DNA of 64,000 bases from the human T2T-CHM13v2.0 reference genome, Homo sapiens (GCA_009914755.4 CP086569.2:3392001-3456000); one strand, 5' to 3'. Counted from the stretch's first letter, positions 1 through 12,905 are shown. Made by a program: numbers and translations. Notes: generated by a model from the letters alone, not told the origin.

Positions 1-202
1 TATCCTACTGGCTAACACATTAAGGATACTACACATACTTCTGTATGCAAGTTCACAAAAACAAAATAAGGATGCTGTGTTTAACAGTTCAAAATCAGTC
101 TCTCAACATACACACAAAAGTAGATAATCTCTTCTGTATTGTCTCCTAATATACAATTCTGTCTATACAACTTTCCTTTCATTTTCCAGCCCTCTTTTTA
201 TT

Positions 203-227
203 ACACACACACACACACACACACACA
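203..227. repeat. (CA)n microsatellite
   Basis: Perfect ACACAC... run of about 12 units read directly. Confidence 0.95.
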
Positions 228-1832
228 AAACATCCGCACTATCTCTCTGCGGTCATTCTTCTGACAAATTCATCAAAACTCTAGTAAAGTTTTGTTTCTA
301 ATATCAGTGTCTGGGAAAACTAGGTTAGCATTACCTTTTTGAGGAATTAATGGTGAGATGTTTTATTTTTTCGGTCAATCAGTAGGCACTTAATGAGTCC
401 TACTTTGTGACAGGAACTGTGCTATGTGCTGAAGATGCAAATATAAATAAGATATGATTCCTGCCTTCAGATAACTTATGACTTGAGAAGTTTTTCCAGA
501 AATATTAATAGTCAAATCACTTATTTTGTCTATAATGTAGAACGTAAATATTTATAAATATCCCAAAATGATCAGTGACTCTTCCATGAATTCACACATT
601 TTCAATTGTAAAACTTCAACTGATCTATTGAGTAGTTTATTAAAAAAACCTCCTCAAATTCTATATCTTATATGATAACTAGTATCATCCTATCTGAAAG
701 AAAATTTAAAGGTACTTTACATTTGATCTAGAGTTCCAAAACATCTTGAATTTATAGATTTAAATTAGTCAGTGATAATGAAAACACAAAATAATAGATC
801 ATACGGGTCACAAATTATGACATAGCTGTACCATATGTTGTAATATGTTTTTTATGAAACTTAATTGCCTAATATTTAATAAGAAATTACTTCATCTTAG
901 CATTTTTGAAACTGTCCTACGATGTAACCAAAATTCATGGATTTGGTATTAAGTGGTATATTGAACTTTATAACTTACTTACATTTAGATTTTTAAAGTG
1001 GCTGAATTCTTACTATTCACCAACAACTGCACTAGGCACTTTGATAAATATTACCACCTCTAAAACTATTAATCATCTTCTAAGTTAGGGAGAATATTTT
1101 ATATGTGATTCAATTGAAGCTGAGAGAAAGGTAAATTCATTTGCACAATTTCACAGTGCTTGCAAATGGTAATATGCAGTTTCAAACTTAAGCATGCTCT
1201 TCTTTATCTACATCAAATGTGCTATATCTGCAGTCATTTTTAGCAGGCTAAATGGTTTAACTTCCATAATGCCTCCAGTTTGTAGTAGTCAAATCATTTC
1301 CTGGGTAGAGGTACAATTTATGCTACACTGCAGAAATAGTTCAGAAATATTTTATGGCAAAATTCTAAAGATATATTCAATGCTTGGGGTGGTACAGAAA
1401 GGAGTGATTTTAGCTAAAATAAAATGCATTTTTTTCGTGGAAGGAAGAATCCACAAAAATTGACCTGCTTAAAAGCTTTGTAAGTTTGTATGTTTGTACA
1501 TGGAGTTTTTAAAATGTGAAATGGAACAGCATGTGACCTTCTAAAGGTAATAACTAATGCCAAAATTCAATAGATTTATTATTCATACTAAAAGTGTTTT
1601 AATGATAATAAACCAGTTACAATGTCATCAGCAAGCAAAATTATTTTCTCCTTTAGTCAGTCATCTTTTATAAATTTGTACCTATAATTATTTTGTCATA
1701 CATTGTCAACTACTTTTGATACCTCAAATATAAATGGAACTATTCTGTAAATAAATGTACAATAGACTATGATTATTCTTTTCATGATTTTTAAAAAATC
1801 ACTCTTATTACCTTAACAATAGTTTCATTAAA

Positions 1833-2417
1833 AAATAGAATAAGACCTACTATTTGATAGCACAATAGGGTAACTATAGTGAATAATAGCTTAATTGTAC
1901 ATTTTATTTTTATTTCTTTTTATTTTATTTTTTTCTTTTGAGACAGAGTCTTGGTCTGTTGCCCAGGCCGGAGTGCAGTGGTGCAATCTCGGCTCACTGC
2001 AACCTCGGCCTCCTGGGTTCAAGCCATTCTCCCTGCCTCAGCCTCCCGAGTAGCTGGGATTACAGGCACCCACCACAATGCCCAGCTAATTTTTGTATCT
2101 TTAGTAAAGATGGGGTTTTGCCATGATGGCCAAGCTAGTCTTGAACTCCTGACCTCAGGTGATCTGCAGGCCTTGGCCTCCCAAAGTTCTGGCATTACAG
2201 GCATGAGCCACAGTGCCGGGCCAATTGTACATTTTAAATAAGATTATAATTGCATTGTTTGTAACTCAAAGAATACATGCTTGAGGAGTTGGATATCCCA
2301 TTCTCAATGATGTGATTATTTCACATTGCATGCCTGTATCAAAACATCTCCTGTACCCCATAAATATATGTACCTACTATGTACCCACAAAAAAGTTTAA
2401 AAATTAAAAGAAAAAAA
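1833..2417 (+). mobile_element. LINE-1 3'-terminal fragment (older L1PA/L1PB-like), split by an Alu insertion
   Basis: Matches old-L1 3' end: ...taagacctactatttgatagcacaatagggtaactatagt...catgcctgtatcaaaacatctcctgtaccccataaatatatgtacctactatgtacccacaaaaa plus A-rich tail. The same block recurs at 9880-10060 and 40369-40678. Confidence 0.8.
1907..2222 (-). mobile_element. Alu SINE (full length, minus orientation)
   Basis: Poly-T then gagacagagtcttggtctgttgcccaggccggagtgcagtgg ... ggcatgagccacagtgccgggcc. Flanked by direct repeat aattgtacatttta (1893-1906 and 2223-2236), a 14-bp TSD inside the L1 fragment. Confidence 0.95.
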
Positions 2418-3834
2418 GTTGGCACGTGTTAATATTGTATTCTTTCAAGCACCTTTGAATGTGATCAATGTTAGTAAGATTGTTGTAACATTTCCCTTGC
2501 GATCATAATGAGTAATTCGAGCTGTTTATAGAATCAGTCTTTCTGTGCATCTCGATAGTTAAGAATAGTACCATATAAAAATTTCTTTGTACTATTATAT
2601 TAACGATGCTTTAATATGCAGATTAACAGCACAATATACAATCAATTCAAATTTGGAGCCAAAATATGTATTATGTTTTTAAAAAGGAAAAACATGCATT
2701 TCTCAAAATTTCAGGCTAAATATTAATGAGGTAGGAGTCATTAAAATAATGAGCAACTGAAATGCATCGAAAATGCTATGAAATGCAAAAGATCCAATAA
2801 ACGATTCCATTTTATTTTCATTACTAGTAAAAGACTTCTGATTTAAATTCACCTATCTTCAAGACAACATTTAGACTTGGAAACTTACACTGTCAAAGCT
2901 GAAAGCGTTTCTCTTCTCTGTATAACAGTCCACATAATAGTTTAGTGTTCAAGGAAAATGTCAGGGGTGTTCAATCTTGTGCCTTCCCTGAATGACATTG
3001 GAAGAAGAATAATTGTCTTCGGCCACACATAAAATACACAAATATTAACAATAGCTGATGAGTTTTTTAAAATTACAAAAGAATTTCATAATCTTTTAAG
3101 AAAGTTTACTAGTTTGTGTTGGGCTGCTTTCAAAGCCGTCCTGGTCCGCATGCGGCCCGCAGGTGGCAGATTGGGCAAGCTTGATTTAGACCATTCCCAG
3201 TTACAGAACACTCAGAAAACTCACTGCAATATTCATGCCAAAACCAGAAGATGCCTGTATTAATAGAAGCTGGGAAGACTCTGCTTCTCTGACAATTTGA
3301 CAACTGATATTTAAAAGTGTTTAAACATAAGGAAAATTTTCAGATTCATTTTCAAAAATGTTTTAATTACGGGTAGTATAAGAGCTGAGATTTTCTCTTA
3401 CAGCAAAAACAACAAAATGTTTTTATCAACTAGAAGGGTGCGATAATGGAACTACTTTTCATAATTTAAGCTGCTTTTTCTTATAAAATGCCAGAAGAGC
3501 TTTGTCTCTGTGATTTTAAATTGTATGAAATGTAATTTTTTTTAAGAGGTAGATAATACATCACCAATCTTAGTATATTTTTAATTAACTTGAAATTTAA
3601 AACTCCTCAAATTTTAAACTACTTTATTTAGGTATGATTGATATGTAAACAGCCATACATACTTAATGGATATAATTCAATGAAGTGGAGGATATGTATA
3701 ACCCCATGAAGTCATTACCGCTGTCAAGGCCATAGACATATTTGGCATTACTCCTAGTACTAAAAATCCTAGCCAGAACAACCTCTGAAAGTTTTCTCCT
3801 GCACCCTTTGTTATTTATTTCAGAGTAATAACAT

Positions 3835-4745
3835 TTAGCGTAAATTTTAAGTATAATACAGTATTATTAACTATAGGTACTAAACCATAGATCTCTCGAA
3901 AAGATTTATCTTACATAACTGAAATTTTGTACCCTTTAGCAAACATTTCCCCATCTCCTCCTTCCTCCAGCACCTGGCAATCACCATTCTACTCTGTGCT
4001 TTTATGATCTTGACTATTTCGATTCCACATCTGAGATCATGCACTATTTGCCTTTTTGCATCTGGCCCATTTCACTTAGCATGTTTTCAAGGTTCATCTT
4101 CATTGCTACATATAGCAATATTTTTTTCAGACTAAGTGATAATTCCATTGAATGTATATACCACATTTTCTATATGCATTCATCCACCAATTGACATTTA
4201 TGTTGTTTTCATAACTTAGCTATTGTAAATAATGATGTAATAAACATGGGAATGCACATATCTATTCAAGATTCTAATTTAAATTATTTTGGATATATAC
4301 TCAGTAGTGGAATTGCTGTATCACATAGTAGTTTTAATTTTAATTTTATGAGGGAGCCCTATACTGTTTTCCATAATGTCTGTACCAATTAAATCTCTGC
4401 AAACAATTTACAAAAGCTTTCTTTTTTCCACATTCTCACCAATACTTTTTTTTTTTTTTTTTTTTTTTGAGACGGAGTCTCGCTCTGTCACCCAGGCAGT
4501 GGTGTGATCTCGGCTCACGGCAACCTCCGCCTCCTGGGTTCAAGGATTCTCCGGCCTCAGTCTCCCAAGTAGCTGGGATTACAGGCATGTGCCACCACGC
4601 CAAGCTATTTTTTTTTATTTTTAGTAGAGATGGGGCTGGCCAGGCTGACCTCGAACTCCTGACCTCAGGTGATCCACCTGCCTCGTCCTCCCAAAGTGCT
4701 GGGATTACAGGCATGAGCCACTGCACCCAGCCACCAACACTTACA
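3835..4745 (-). mobile_element. LINE-1 3' end fragment (L1MA/L1PB-like), minus orientation
   Basis: Reverse complement of the old L1 3' end: cctccagcacctggcaatcaccattctactctgtg..., matching consensus ggtggttgccaggggctggggg in antisense. Confidence 0.75.
4446..4733 (-). mobile_element. Alu SINE (minus orientation)
   Basis: 22-nt poly-T then gagacggagtctcgctctgtcacccaggc ... ggcatgagccactgcacccagcc. Flanks accaatac / accaacac give a likely short TSD. Confidence 0.95.
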
Positions 4746-5243
4746 TTTTAAAAATCTTTTTCCCAACTTTCTTGATATGTAACTGACAAATACAAATTAC
4801 ATATATTTAAAATGTAAAATGTAATCCTTTGATATATGCATACAATACAAAGTGATTACCAAAATTAACATATACATCATATTATATAGTTAGCATTTTT
4901 TGCAGTGAGAACACTGAACATCTACTTTTTAATTAATTTCAAATATACAATATATTTTCATTAACTGTAGTTTCTATGTTGTGTATTAGATCTTCAGAAT
5001 CACTCAACTTAAGATTTCAAACATTTTGACCAAAATGTTCTCATTTTTCTCACTCCTCAGCCCCTGGCAACCACCTTTCTGTCATGTTTCTATGAGTTCA
5101 ATTTCAAATTCCATATAAAAGTGAGATCATGCAGTGTTTGTCTTTTTGTGTTTGAGTTATCTCATTTAACATAACATCCTCTAGTTTCATCCATGGTTTG
5201 GCAAATCACAAGGTTTTTTCTTCTATAAGGCTGAATAATATTT

Positions 5244-5297
<54 letters not shown>

Positions 5298-5937
5298 TTT
5301 TCTTTATCCATTCATCCATTACCAAACACTTAGGTTGTTTCCCTATTTTAACTATTGTGAACAATGCTACAATAAACATAGGAGTGCAGATACCTTTTTC
5401 ACATACAGATTGCAATTTCCTTAAATATATATTTATTTTAAGTTTTTGAGGATCCTCTATACTGTTTTCCAAAATAACTGTACCAGTTTACAATCCCATC
5501 AGAATACAAGTTCTCACTTTTCTCTACATCCCTGCCAACACTTGTCACTATTTGACTGTTTGATACTAGATGTGAGGTTATATTCCATTGTAATTTTGAT
5601 TTTTCTAGCGATTAATGATGCTGCTTGATTGAGCACCTTTTCATATCCATACAATATACAATGACCTGTTGGCCATTTGTATGTTTTCTTTAGCTCACTG
5701 TCTACTCAGATTCTTTGCCTATTTTTTAATCAGCTGATTTTTTTTGCTATTTAATTATAGATGTTTCTCTTATATTTTGAATATCAATCCCTTGTCAGAT
5801 ATATGATTTGAAAATACTTTCTCCCATTTAGTTGCTTGACCTTTCATTTTGTTGAATGTTTCCTTTACTGTGCAAAATTTTTTTAGTTTGATGTAATACC
5901 ATTTGTTTATGTTTGCTTTTGTTGTCTGTGCTTTTGG
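4745..5937 (-). mobile_element. LINE-1 3' 1.2-kb fragment (ORF2 C-terminus and 3'UTR, L1M/L1PB-like), minus orientation
   Basis: Antisense of ORF2 C-terminal region and 3'UTR (ctcactcctcagcccctggcaaccacc...; ...ttgaatatcaatcccttgtcagatatatgatttgaaaatactttctcccatttag...). The six-frame ORFs at 5198-5628 are translations of this L1 antisense plus a (TA)n tract. Confidence 0.8.
5248..5295. repeat. (TA)n microsatellite inside the L1
   Basis: tatatatatata... about 24 units read directly. Confidence 0.95.
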
Positions 5938-5949
5938 AATTACATTCAA

Positions 5950-6130
5950 TCATAAAAAGCTGAAAGCATTTTCTCTAAATCAGGAACAAAGCGAGGATGT
6001 CTATGCTCTCCAATTCAATTGAACATAGAACTAAAAGTCCTAGCCAGAAAAATTATATGAGAAATAGAAATAAAAGGTTTCCAAATTAAAACAGAAAAAG
6101 TTAAATTGCCCTGTTTTCAGATGACATAAC
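5950..6130 (+). mobile_element. short L1 ORF2 (reverse transcriptase region) fragment, plus orientation
   Basis: Translates to ...RMSMLSNSIEHRTKSPSQKNYMRNRNKRFPN*NRKS*IALFSDDI..., the L1 ORF2 [38 protein letters not shown] block. It sits next to the oppositely oriented L1 3' fragment. Confidence 0.65.
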
Positions 6131-7859
6131 TTTTACAGGTCAAGAAACATGAAGGAGGGAGAGAGGTGGCTCAGGATTACAAAAGAGAAGGCTTCGTTGA
6201 TCATCCTCCTGGCAAGGAAACCAATTTAACAACTATCTACACAAGAGAAGCACCTTCATAATAACCCAAAATCAGGTGAGCACTCACAGTACCTGCTTTT
6301 TATTTCATATCACTGAAAGAAGCACTGAAGATGTAGAAAAAACAGCCTTGAATTGCTGATGCCAACCCTCCCCGATACATCAGCAGTGGCTGCATGGTGA
6401 GGAGTGTTTCTGTGCACAGCAGAGAGAGGACTGACTTAGTGCTGACCTGTTATAGCAGAAAACAAAACCATACCAATTCAGCTGCCACCCGCCCAGGAAG
6501 GGAGCATTTAAATCAGTTTTAGTAAGAGGGGAATCACCAATCCCAGTGGTCCAAACTTGAGTTTCCACGAGCCTTGCCATTGTGGGCTAAAGTGCTCTGG
6601 GATCATAAATATACTTGAATAGAGACTGCTACAAGGACTACAAGTCCGAGTGCTGAACTGGGCCCAGAGACAGTGGGCTGGGTTAGGTGGGCTACATCTA
6701 CTGATACACCAGCAGGAGCAGCTAAGGGAGTGCTGGTACCAGCCTTCCCCCAAGCCCAGGCTGCACAGCTCATGGCTCCAACAGTGACCCCTTCTCTCCA
6801 CTTAAGGAGAAGAGTGGGAATAGTAGGGAAGATTTTGTCTTGTACCTTAGACACCAGCTCAACTACAGCAGGTTAGAGCATCAGTCATTTTAGACCCTAC
6901 TTCCTGGACATTTCCAGATCCTACTTCCTGGTATTTCTAGACACACCCTGGGCCAGAAGGGAACCTACTTTCTTGAAGGGAAAGACCCAGTTCTGGGAAG
7001 GATTATCATCTGTTAACCAAAGAGCACTTGGGCCCTGAATAATCAGAGGAAATTCCCAAGTACTATGTCAAGGGCTTTGGGTGAAACTCTAACACTTGCT
7101 CACTTCAGGTGAGACTCAGCACATTCCTAGCTGGGATGGCTATGGGATGAGACTCTGTAAACTTGAGAAAAGCAGAGAAAAAAGTCTTGCACCTAACATG
7201 CCAACATGGCCACAGTGGGGTATAGCACCAAGCAGACACCTGGGGTCCCAAATTTCAGGCCTTTACTCTTAGACTTCATTTCTGGAGTTGTCTGGGGCCA
7301 GATGGCAGCCCACTACGCTGAAGGATAAGTCACAGGACAGGTTTTTGGCTCTAGTCTCTGACTCCTGAACAGCACCTAAGGACCCACCTGGCACTGAGGA
7401 GAAGTCACCTCCCTGAAGGGAAGGACAAAGACTAGACTGGCTTTGTTGCCTGCTGAGTGTAGAGTCCCAAGGCCTTGAGCAAACATAGATTGAAGCCAAG
7501 AAGTGATTACCATAGGCCTTGAGTGAGACTCTGTGCTGTGCTGGCTTCAGATCTAACCCAGTACAGTTCTAGTGGTGATGGCCACCAGGGTCCTCTTGTC
7601 ACAACACCCCTAGCTCCAGGTGTCTCAGACCAGAGAAAGAGACTGTGTTCATTTGAGAGAAAGTAAGAGAAGGGAACAACAGTTTCTGCCTGGTAAACCA
7701 GAGAATTCTTTTGGATCTTGCTCAAGACCATCAAGGTAGTACATCTACTAGTCTGCAAGAACCACAGTGTTACTGGGCTTGGCATATAGACTTAGGCAGA
7801 TTCAGCTTAGATCACAACACTCAAGTTTTTTCTAATATCTGGAAAGCCTTCCACAGAAG

Positions 7860-8450
7860 AATGGGTACAAATAAGCCCAGATAGTGAAGACTAAAATTAA
7901 TACTTACTCAAAAGAATAATAATAGAGAACTTTCCAAACCTAGAAAAATATATCAATATCCCAGTACAAGAAGGTTGTGGAATACCACGCAGATTTTTCC
8001 TAAAGACTACTCAAGGCATGTAATAATCAAACTTCCGAAGGTCAAAAATAACAAAAGAATCTTAAAAGCAACAACAGAAAAGAAACAAATAACATACAAT
8101 GGAGCTCCAATACATCTGGCAGCAGACTTTTCAGTGGAAATCTTACAGGCCAAAAGAGAGTGGTCAGACATATTTAAAGTGTTGAAGAAAAACTTTTAGC
8201 CTTGAATAGTATATCTGGTAAAACTATGCTTCAGATATGAATGACAAGTAAAGATGTTCATGAACAAACAAAAGCTGAGAGATTTCATTAATAACAGAAT
8301 TGTCCTACAAGAAATGCTAAAGAAAGTACTTCAGTCAGAAAGAAAAGAATGTTCACAAGCAATAAGAAATCATCTGAAGGTAAAAAAACTCACTGGTAAT
8401 AGTAAGTACACAAAAACATCACATAATATTATAATAATGTAACTGTGGTG
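7860..8450 (+). pseudogene. L1 ORF1p remnant (C-terminal half)
   Basis: Six-frame ORFs 7975-8199 and 8254-8442 match the L1 ORF1 C-terminal domain and the ORF1/ORF2 inter-ORF region. Confidence 0.7.
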
Positions 8451-9879
8451 TGTAAACTACACTTAAGTAGAAAGACTTAATGCTGAACCAATGAAAAATA
8501 ATAACTATAACAACATTTCAAGACAGACACAGTACAATAAAATATAAATAGAAACAACAAAACGTTAAAAACCAGAGGGATGAAGTTAGTCTTTTTTGGT
8601 TTTGTTTTTGCATGTTTTTCTTTGTTTGTTTATGCAGTGTTACCTTGTTATCATTGAAAACAATTGGTTATAAGCCAAATGTTAACCTCAAACAAAAATA
8701 TATAGAATGGATATACAATAAATAAAAAGCAAGAAACTAAATTATATTACCAAAGGAAATCACCTTTATTAAAAAGAAAACAGGAAGAAAATAAGGAAGA
8801 GAAGATCACAAAGTAACAAGAAAACAAATAACAAAATGGCAGGAGTAAGTTCTTACATATCTATAATAGCATTAAATGTAAATGGACTAAAGTCTTCAAT
8901 CAAAAGAAATAAGAGTGGCTAAACTGATTTAAAATATACCCACTTAGTTGTTGCCTACAAGAAACACACTGCACCTATCAACACACACATAGACTAAAAA
9001 AACAAAGAAACAAACAAACAAAAAAATTGAAAAAGATATTCCATGTCAATGGAAACCAAAGGGGAGCAGGGTTAGCTATGCTTGTATCAGACAAAATGGA
9101 TTTCAAGACAAAAATTGTAAGAAGAGACAAAGAAGGAAACTATGAAATGATAAAAGGGTCAATTCAGCAAGAAGATACGGCAACTTAAAAAATACAGGCA
9201 CCCAACAGTGGAGCACACAGATATATAAGTCAAATATTTTCAACAATAATAGTGGGAGATTTCAACACTCTACTTTCAGCACTGGATACATCTTTCATAC
9301 AGAAAATCAACAAAGAATCACCAAATTTAGTCTGCAGTGTAGACCAAATTGACCTAATAGATATTTACAGAACATTATATGCAATGACAAATGAAAACAC
9401 ACTTTTCCTCAGCATGTGGCTCACTCTCAAGGACATACCATACGTTAGATCAGAACACAAGTCTTAAAACATTCAAAAAATTGCAATAATATCAAGCATA
9501 TTCTCTGACCACAATGCAATAAAACTAGAAATAAATAAGAGGAACTTTGGAAACTATAAAAATAGATAAAAATGAAACAATATACTCCTGAATGAACAGT
9601 GAGCAAAGGAAGAAATTAAGAAGGAAATTGAAAAACGTCTTGAAACAAATGATAATAGAACACAGCATACCAAAAACCTATGGGATACAGCAAAAGCAGA
9701 ACTAAGAGGGAAATGTATAGCTATAAGTGCCTACATAAAAACAAAATAAAAACGTCAGTAAAAAACCTAACAATGCATATTGAAAACTAGAAAAGCAAGA
9801 GCAATCTGAATCCAAAATTAGTAGAAGAAAAAATATTAATGATCAGAATAGAAAAAATGAAATTGATACATTTTAAAAT

Positions 9880-10062
9880 AACCTAAAGACTACAATTGTA
9901 TTGTTTGTTACTCAATGGATAAATGTTTGATGAGATGGATACCCCATTCTTAATTGTGTGTTTATTTCACATTGCATGCATGTATCAAATCATCTCATGT
10001 ACCACATTAATATATACATCTATGTAGCCAAAAAATTAAAAATTAAAAGAATTTAAAATAAA
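9880..10062 (+). mobile_element. extremely 5'-truncated L1 3'-end insertion (about 180 bp plus A-rich tail) nested in ORF2 of the older L1
   Basis: Same 3'-terminal block as 2223-2417 and 40369-40678 (...ccccattcttaattgtgtgtttatttcacattgcatgcatgtatcaaatcatctcatgtaccac...aaaattaaaaattaaaag) interrupts the ORF2 reading frame. Confidence 0.5.
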
Positions 10063-10800
10063 TAAAAAAATTGCAATGAAAAATATAATACAAAGGATCA
10101 ATGAAATAAAAATTGTGGAGTTTTTTGGAAAGTTAAACAAAATTGACAAACACTTAGACATAGTAACTAAAAAAAGAGAGAAGATACAAATAAATAAAAT
10201 CAGAGATGTAAAAGGAGACATTACAACAGATACTCTAAAATTCAAAGGATTATTAGTGGCTGCTATCAGCAACTATATGCAATAAATTGGAAAATCTAGA
10301 AAAAGTATACAAAATGGTAGACACATACAACCTACCAAGATTGAACCAGGTAGGAATCCAAAACCTAAACAGAAAAGTAACAAGTTACTAGATTGAGGCT
10401 ATAATAAAAAGCCTCCCAGCAAGGTAAAGTCCTCAACCTGAGGGATTCACTTCTGAATTCCACCAACATTTTAGAGCTAATACCAATTCTATTCAAACTA
10501 TTCTTAAAAGTAGAGAAGGGAATATTTCTAAACTCTTTCTATAAGGCCAATATTACACTGATCCCAAAACCGGATTAAAAAAAGGTCAAAGAAAGAAAAT
10601 AAAAAGCCAATATCTCTGATGATATTGATGCAAAAATTTCCAATAACATATTGTTAAACAAAATTAAACAATACATTGAAAAGATGTCATCTATCATGAC
10701 CAAGTAGGATTTATTCCTGGGATGCAAGGATGATTCAACATATGCAAATCAATCAATGTGATACATCATATCAACAGAATGAAGAACAAAAAATATATGA

Positions 10801-10922
10801 TTTTTTAAAATGTTATTTTAATTTCTATTATTTGTAGAGACAGGGTCTCCTTATGTTGCCCAGGCTGGTCTCAAACCCCTGGGCTCATGCAATCCTGATG
10901 CCTCAGCCTCTCAAAGTGCTGA
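10801..10922 (-). mobile_element. free left Alu monomer (FLAM-like) fragment, minus orientation
   Basis: T-rich tract then tagagacagggtctccttatgttgcccaggctggtctcaaacccctgggctcatgcaatcctgatgcctcagcctctcaaagtgctga, the antisense of the Alu left monomer only. Confidence 0.6.
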
Positions 10923-12259
10923 TCATTTCAACTGATAATGAAAAATAATTTGATAATATTCAAAATCACTTCATGATAAAAATCCCAAAAGCATCAGGAA
11001 AAGAATAAATACACTTCAACAAAATAAGAGCCGTATGTGACAGTACCACAGCTAGTATACTGAATGGGAAACAGCTGAAATATTTTCCTCTAAGATGTAG
11101 AACGTGACAAGGATGTTTGTTGTCATCAGTGTTATTCAACATAGTGGTAGAAATCCTAGCTGAAGCAATAAGATGAGAAATAAATAAAATACATATAAAT
11201 TTTAAAGGAAAAAGTTAAATTATCCTTGTTTGCAGATGATATGTCCTTATATTAGGAAAATCCTAAAGACTCCACAAAACAAAAAACAATTATTAGAACT
11301 AGTAAACACATTCACTGAAGTTGAGGAATAAAAAACACAAAAATCAGTAGCATTTCTATACGTAAACAGTGAACAATCTGAAAAAGAAATTATAAAAGTA
11401 ATCACATTTACAATAACCAAACATCAAATTAAATACCTGGGAATTAACCAAAGAAGTGAAAGATATCTATAATAAAAACTATACAACACTGATTAACAAA
11501 ATGAAAAGGAAACTAAATAATGCAAAGGTATTCCATGTTCATGGTTTGGTAGAAAAATTGTTAACATGTCTATATTGACCAAAGCAACCTACAGATTCAG
11601 TGCAATCCCTATCAAAATACCAATGATATTCTTCATAGACATAGCAACTACAAAGCTATAGTAAACAAAACAGCATGCTACTAGCATAGAAACTGACATG
11701 TAGACCAATGGAACAGAGTAGAGAATCCAGAAACAAATCCACACACCTACAGTGAACTCATTTTCAACAATAGCGCCAAGAACATAAACTGGAGAAAAGA
11801 CACCCTCATCGATAAATGATGCTGGGGAATCTGGATATGCATATGCAAAAGAATGAAACTAGAACTCTATCTCTCACCATGTACAAAAATCAAACCAAAG
11901 GGATTAAAGACTTAAATCTAAAACCTCAAACCGTGAAACTACTACAAGAGAACATTGGGGAAAATCTCCAAGACATTGGTCTGGGCAAACATTTTTTGAG
12001 CGACACCAAACAAACACGGTCAACCAAAGCAAAAATTGACAAATGTAATGACATCAAGTAAAAAAGCTACTGCACGGCAAATGAAAAAAATCAACAAAGT
12101 GAAGAAACAACCCATAGAATGGTAGAAAATATTTGCAAACTACCCATCTGACAAGGGACTAATAACCAGAATATGCAAGGTACTAAAATAACTCAATAGC
12201 CAAAATATACACAGTCTGATTAAAATGGTCAAAATACATAATTTTAACATTTATAACAT

Positions 12260-12320
12260 CAGGAGACCAGCATGGCCAATAGAGTAAGATCCTGTCTCAG
12301 AATTTAAAAAGAAAAAAAAA
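12260..12320 (+). mobile_element. short Alu/FLAM-like 3' fragment
   Basis: caggagaccagcatggccaatagagtaagatcctgtctcagaa followed by an A-rich tract. Confidence 0.4.
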
Positions 12321-12334
12321 AGGAGGAAAGAAAA

Positions 12335-12905
12335 ACAATTGTCTATACTACCTCAAGCAGTCTTTTGATTCAAAACAATTCCTATCAAAATCCCAATGGC
12401 ATTATTCAAAGGAATACTAAAAATAATCCTAAAATTAATATGGAATCACAAACACCCTGAATAACCAAAGCAATCTTGAGAAAAAGAAAAAAAAAAAAGC
12501 TTGAGGCATCACACTTCCTGAGTTCAAATTGTATTGCAAAGCTATAATTGAAACAACGTGATACTGGCATAAAAACAGACACATAGACCAGTGGAACAGA
12601 AGAGACACTCCAGAAATAAACCCATGCATGCACTATCAACTAATCTTTGACAAATGTACCAAGAACACATAAATGGGAAAGAATAGTCTTTTCAATAAAT
12701 GGTGCTGGGAAAACTAATAATTTCCATGCAAAAGAGTAAAATTGGACCTGTATCTTACATCATACAAAAAAATCAACTAAAAATTGAATAAAAACTTAAA
12801 TGTCAGACATGAAACCATAAAACTATTTGAAGAAAACATAAAGAGCTGCTTGAAATTGGTCTTGGCAAAAATTTTTTGGATATGATGCCAAAAGCACAGG
12901 CAAAA
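12335..12905 (+). mobile_element. separate L1 ORF2 fragment (old L1), plus orientation
   Basis: Re-covers the ORF2 region already present at 11560-12060 (PIKIPMAFF...[65 protein letters not shown]...), so it is a distinct copy and not a continuation. Confidence 0.75.

Larger units (their letters stand above)
6130..12250 (+). mobile_element. near full-length old LINE-1 (L1PB/L1MA-like), heavily mutated: 5'UTR-like region, ORF1 remnant, ORF2 remnant
   Basis: ORF1 C-terminal homology at 7975-8199 (KNNKRILKATTEKKQITYNGAPIHLAADFSVEILQAKREWSDIFKVLKKNF) and ORF2 endonuclease/RT homology from about 8850 (LNVNGLKSSIKR..., GDFNT..., FIPGMQG...). Many stops and frameshifts. The 5' boundary (6130) is uncertain because old L1 5'UTRs are poorly conserved. 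Confidence 0.75.
8850..12250 (+). pseudogene. L1 ORF2p remnant (endonuclease and reverse transcriptase), multiple stops
   Basis: Translations hit L1 ORF2 motifs throughout (ORF 9252-9467 MGDFNTLLSALD...IDLIDIYRTLY; ORF 10076-10285 ...INKIDKHLDIVTKKREKIQINKIRDVKGDITTD; ORF 11816-12061 ...LKPQTVKLLQENIGENLQDIGLGKHF). Confidence 0.8.

Noticed and set aside
1938-2241. Overlapping 60-96-aa ORFs on both strands (e.g. ...GITGMSHSAGP..., ...[18 protein letters not shown]...)
   Set aside because: Standard Alu-encoded pseudo-ORFs. The same peptides recur at every Alu in the window (4436-4751, 13102-13389, 20572-20878, 23850-24121, 29635-29826, 31896-32159, 45645-45863, 53110-53445).
6130-7850. Possibility that this 1.7-kb block is unique or regulatory DNA and not L1 5'UTR
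   Set aside because: Not fully rejected. It is contiguous with an L1 ORF1 remnant in the same orientation and contains internal direct repeats typical of older L1 5'UTRs, so I assigned it to the L1 with moderate confidence; RepeatMasker should settle it.
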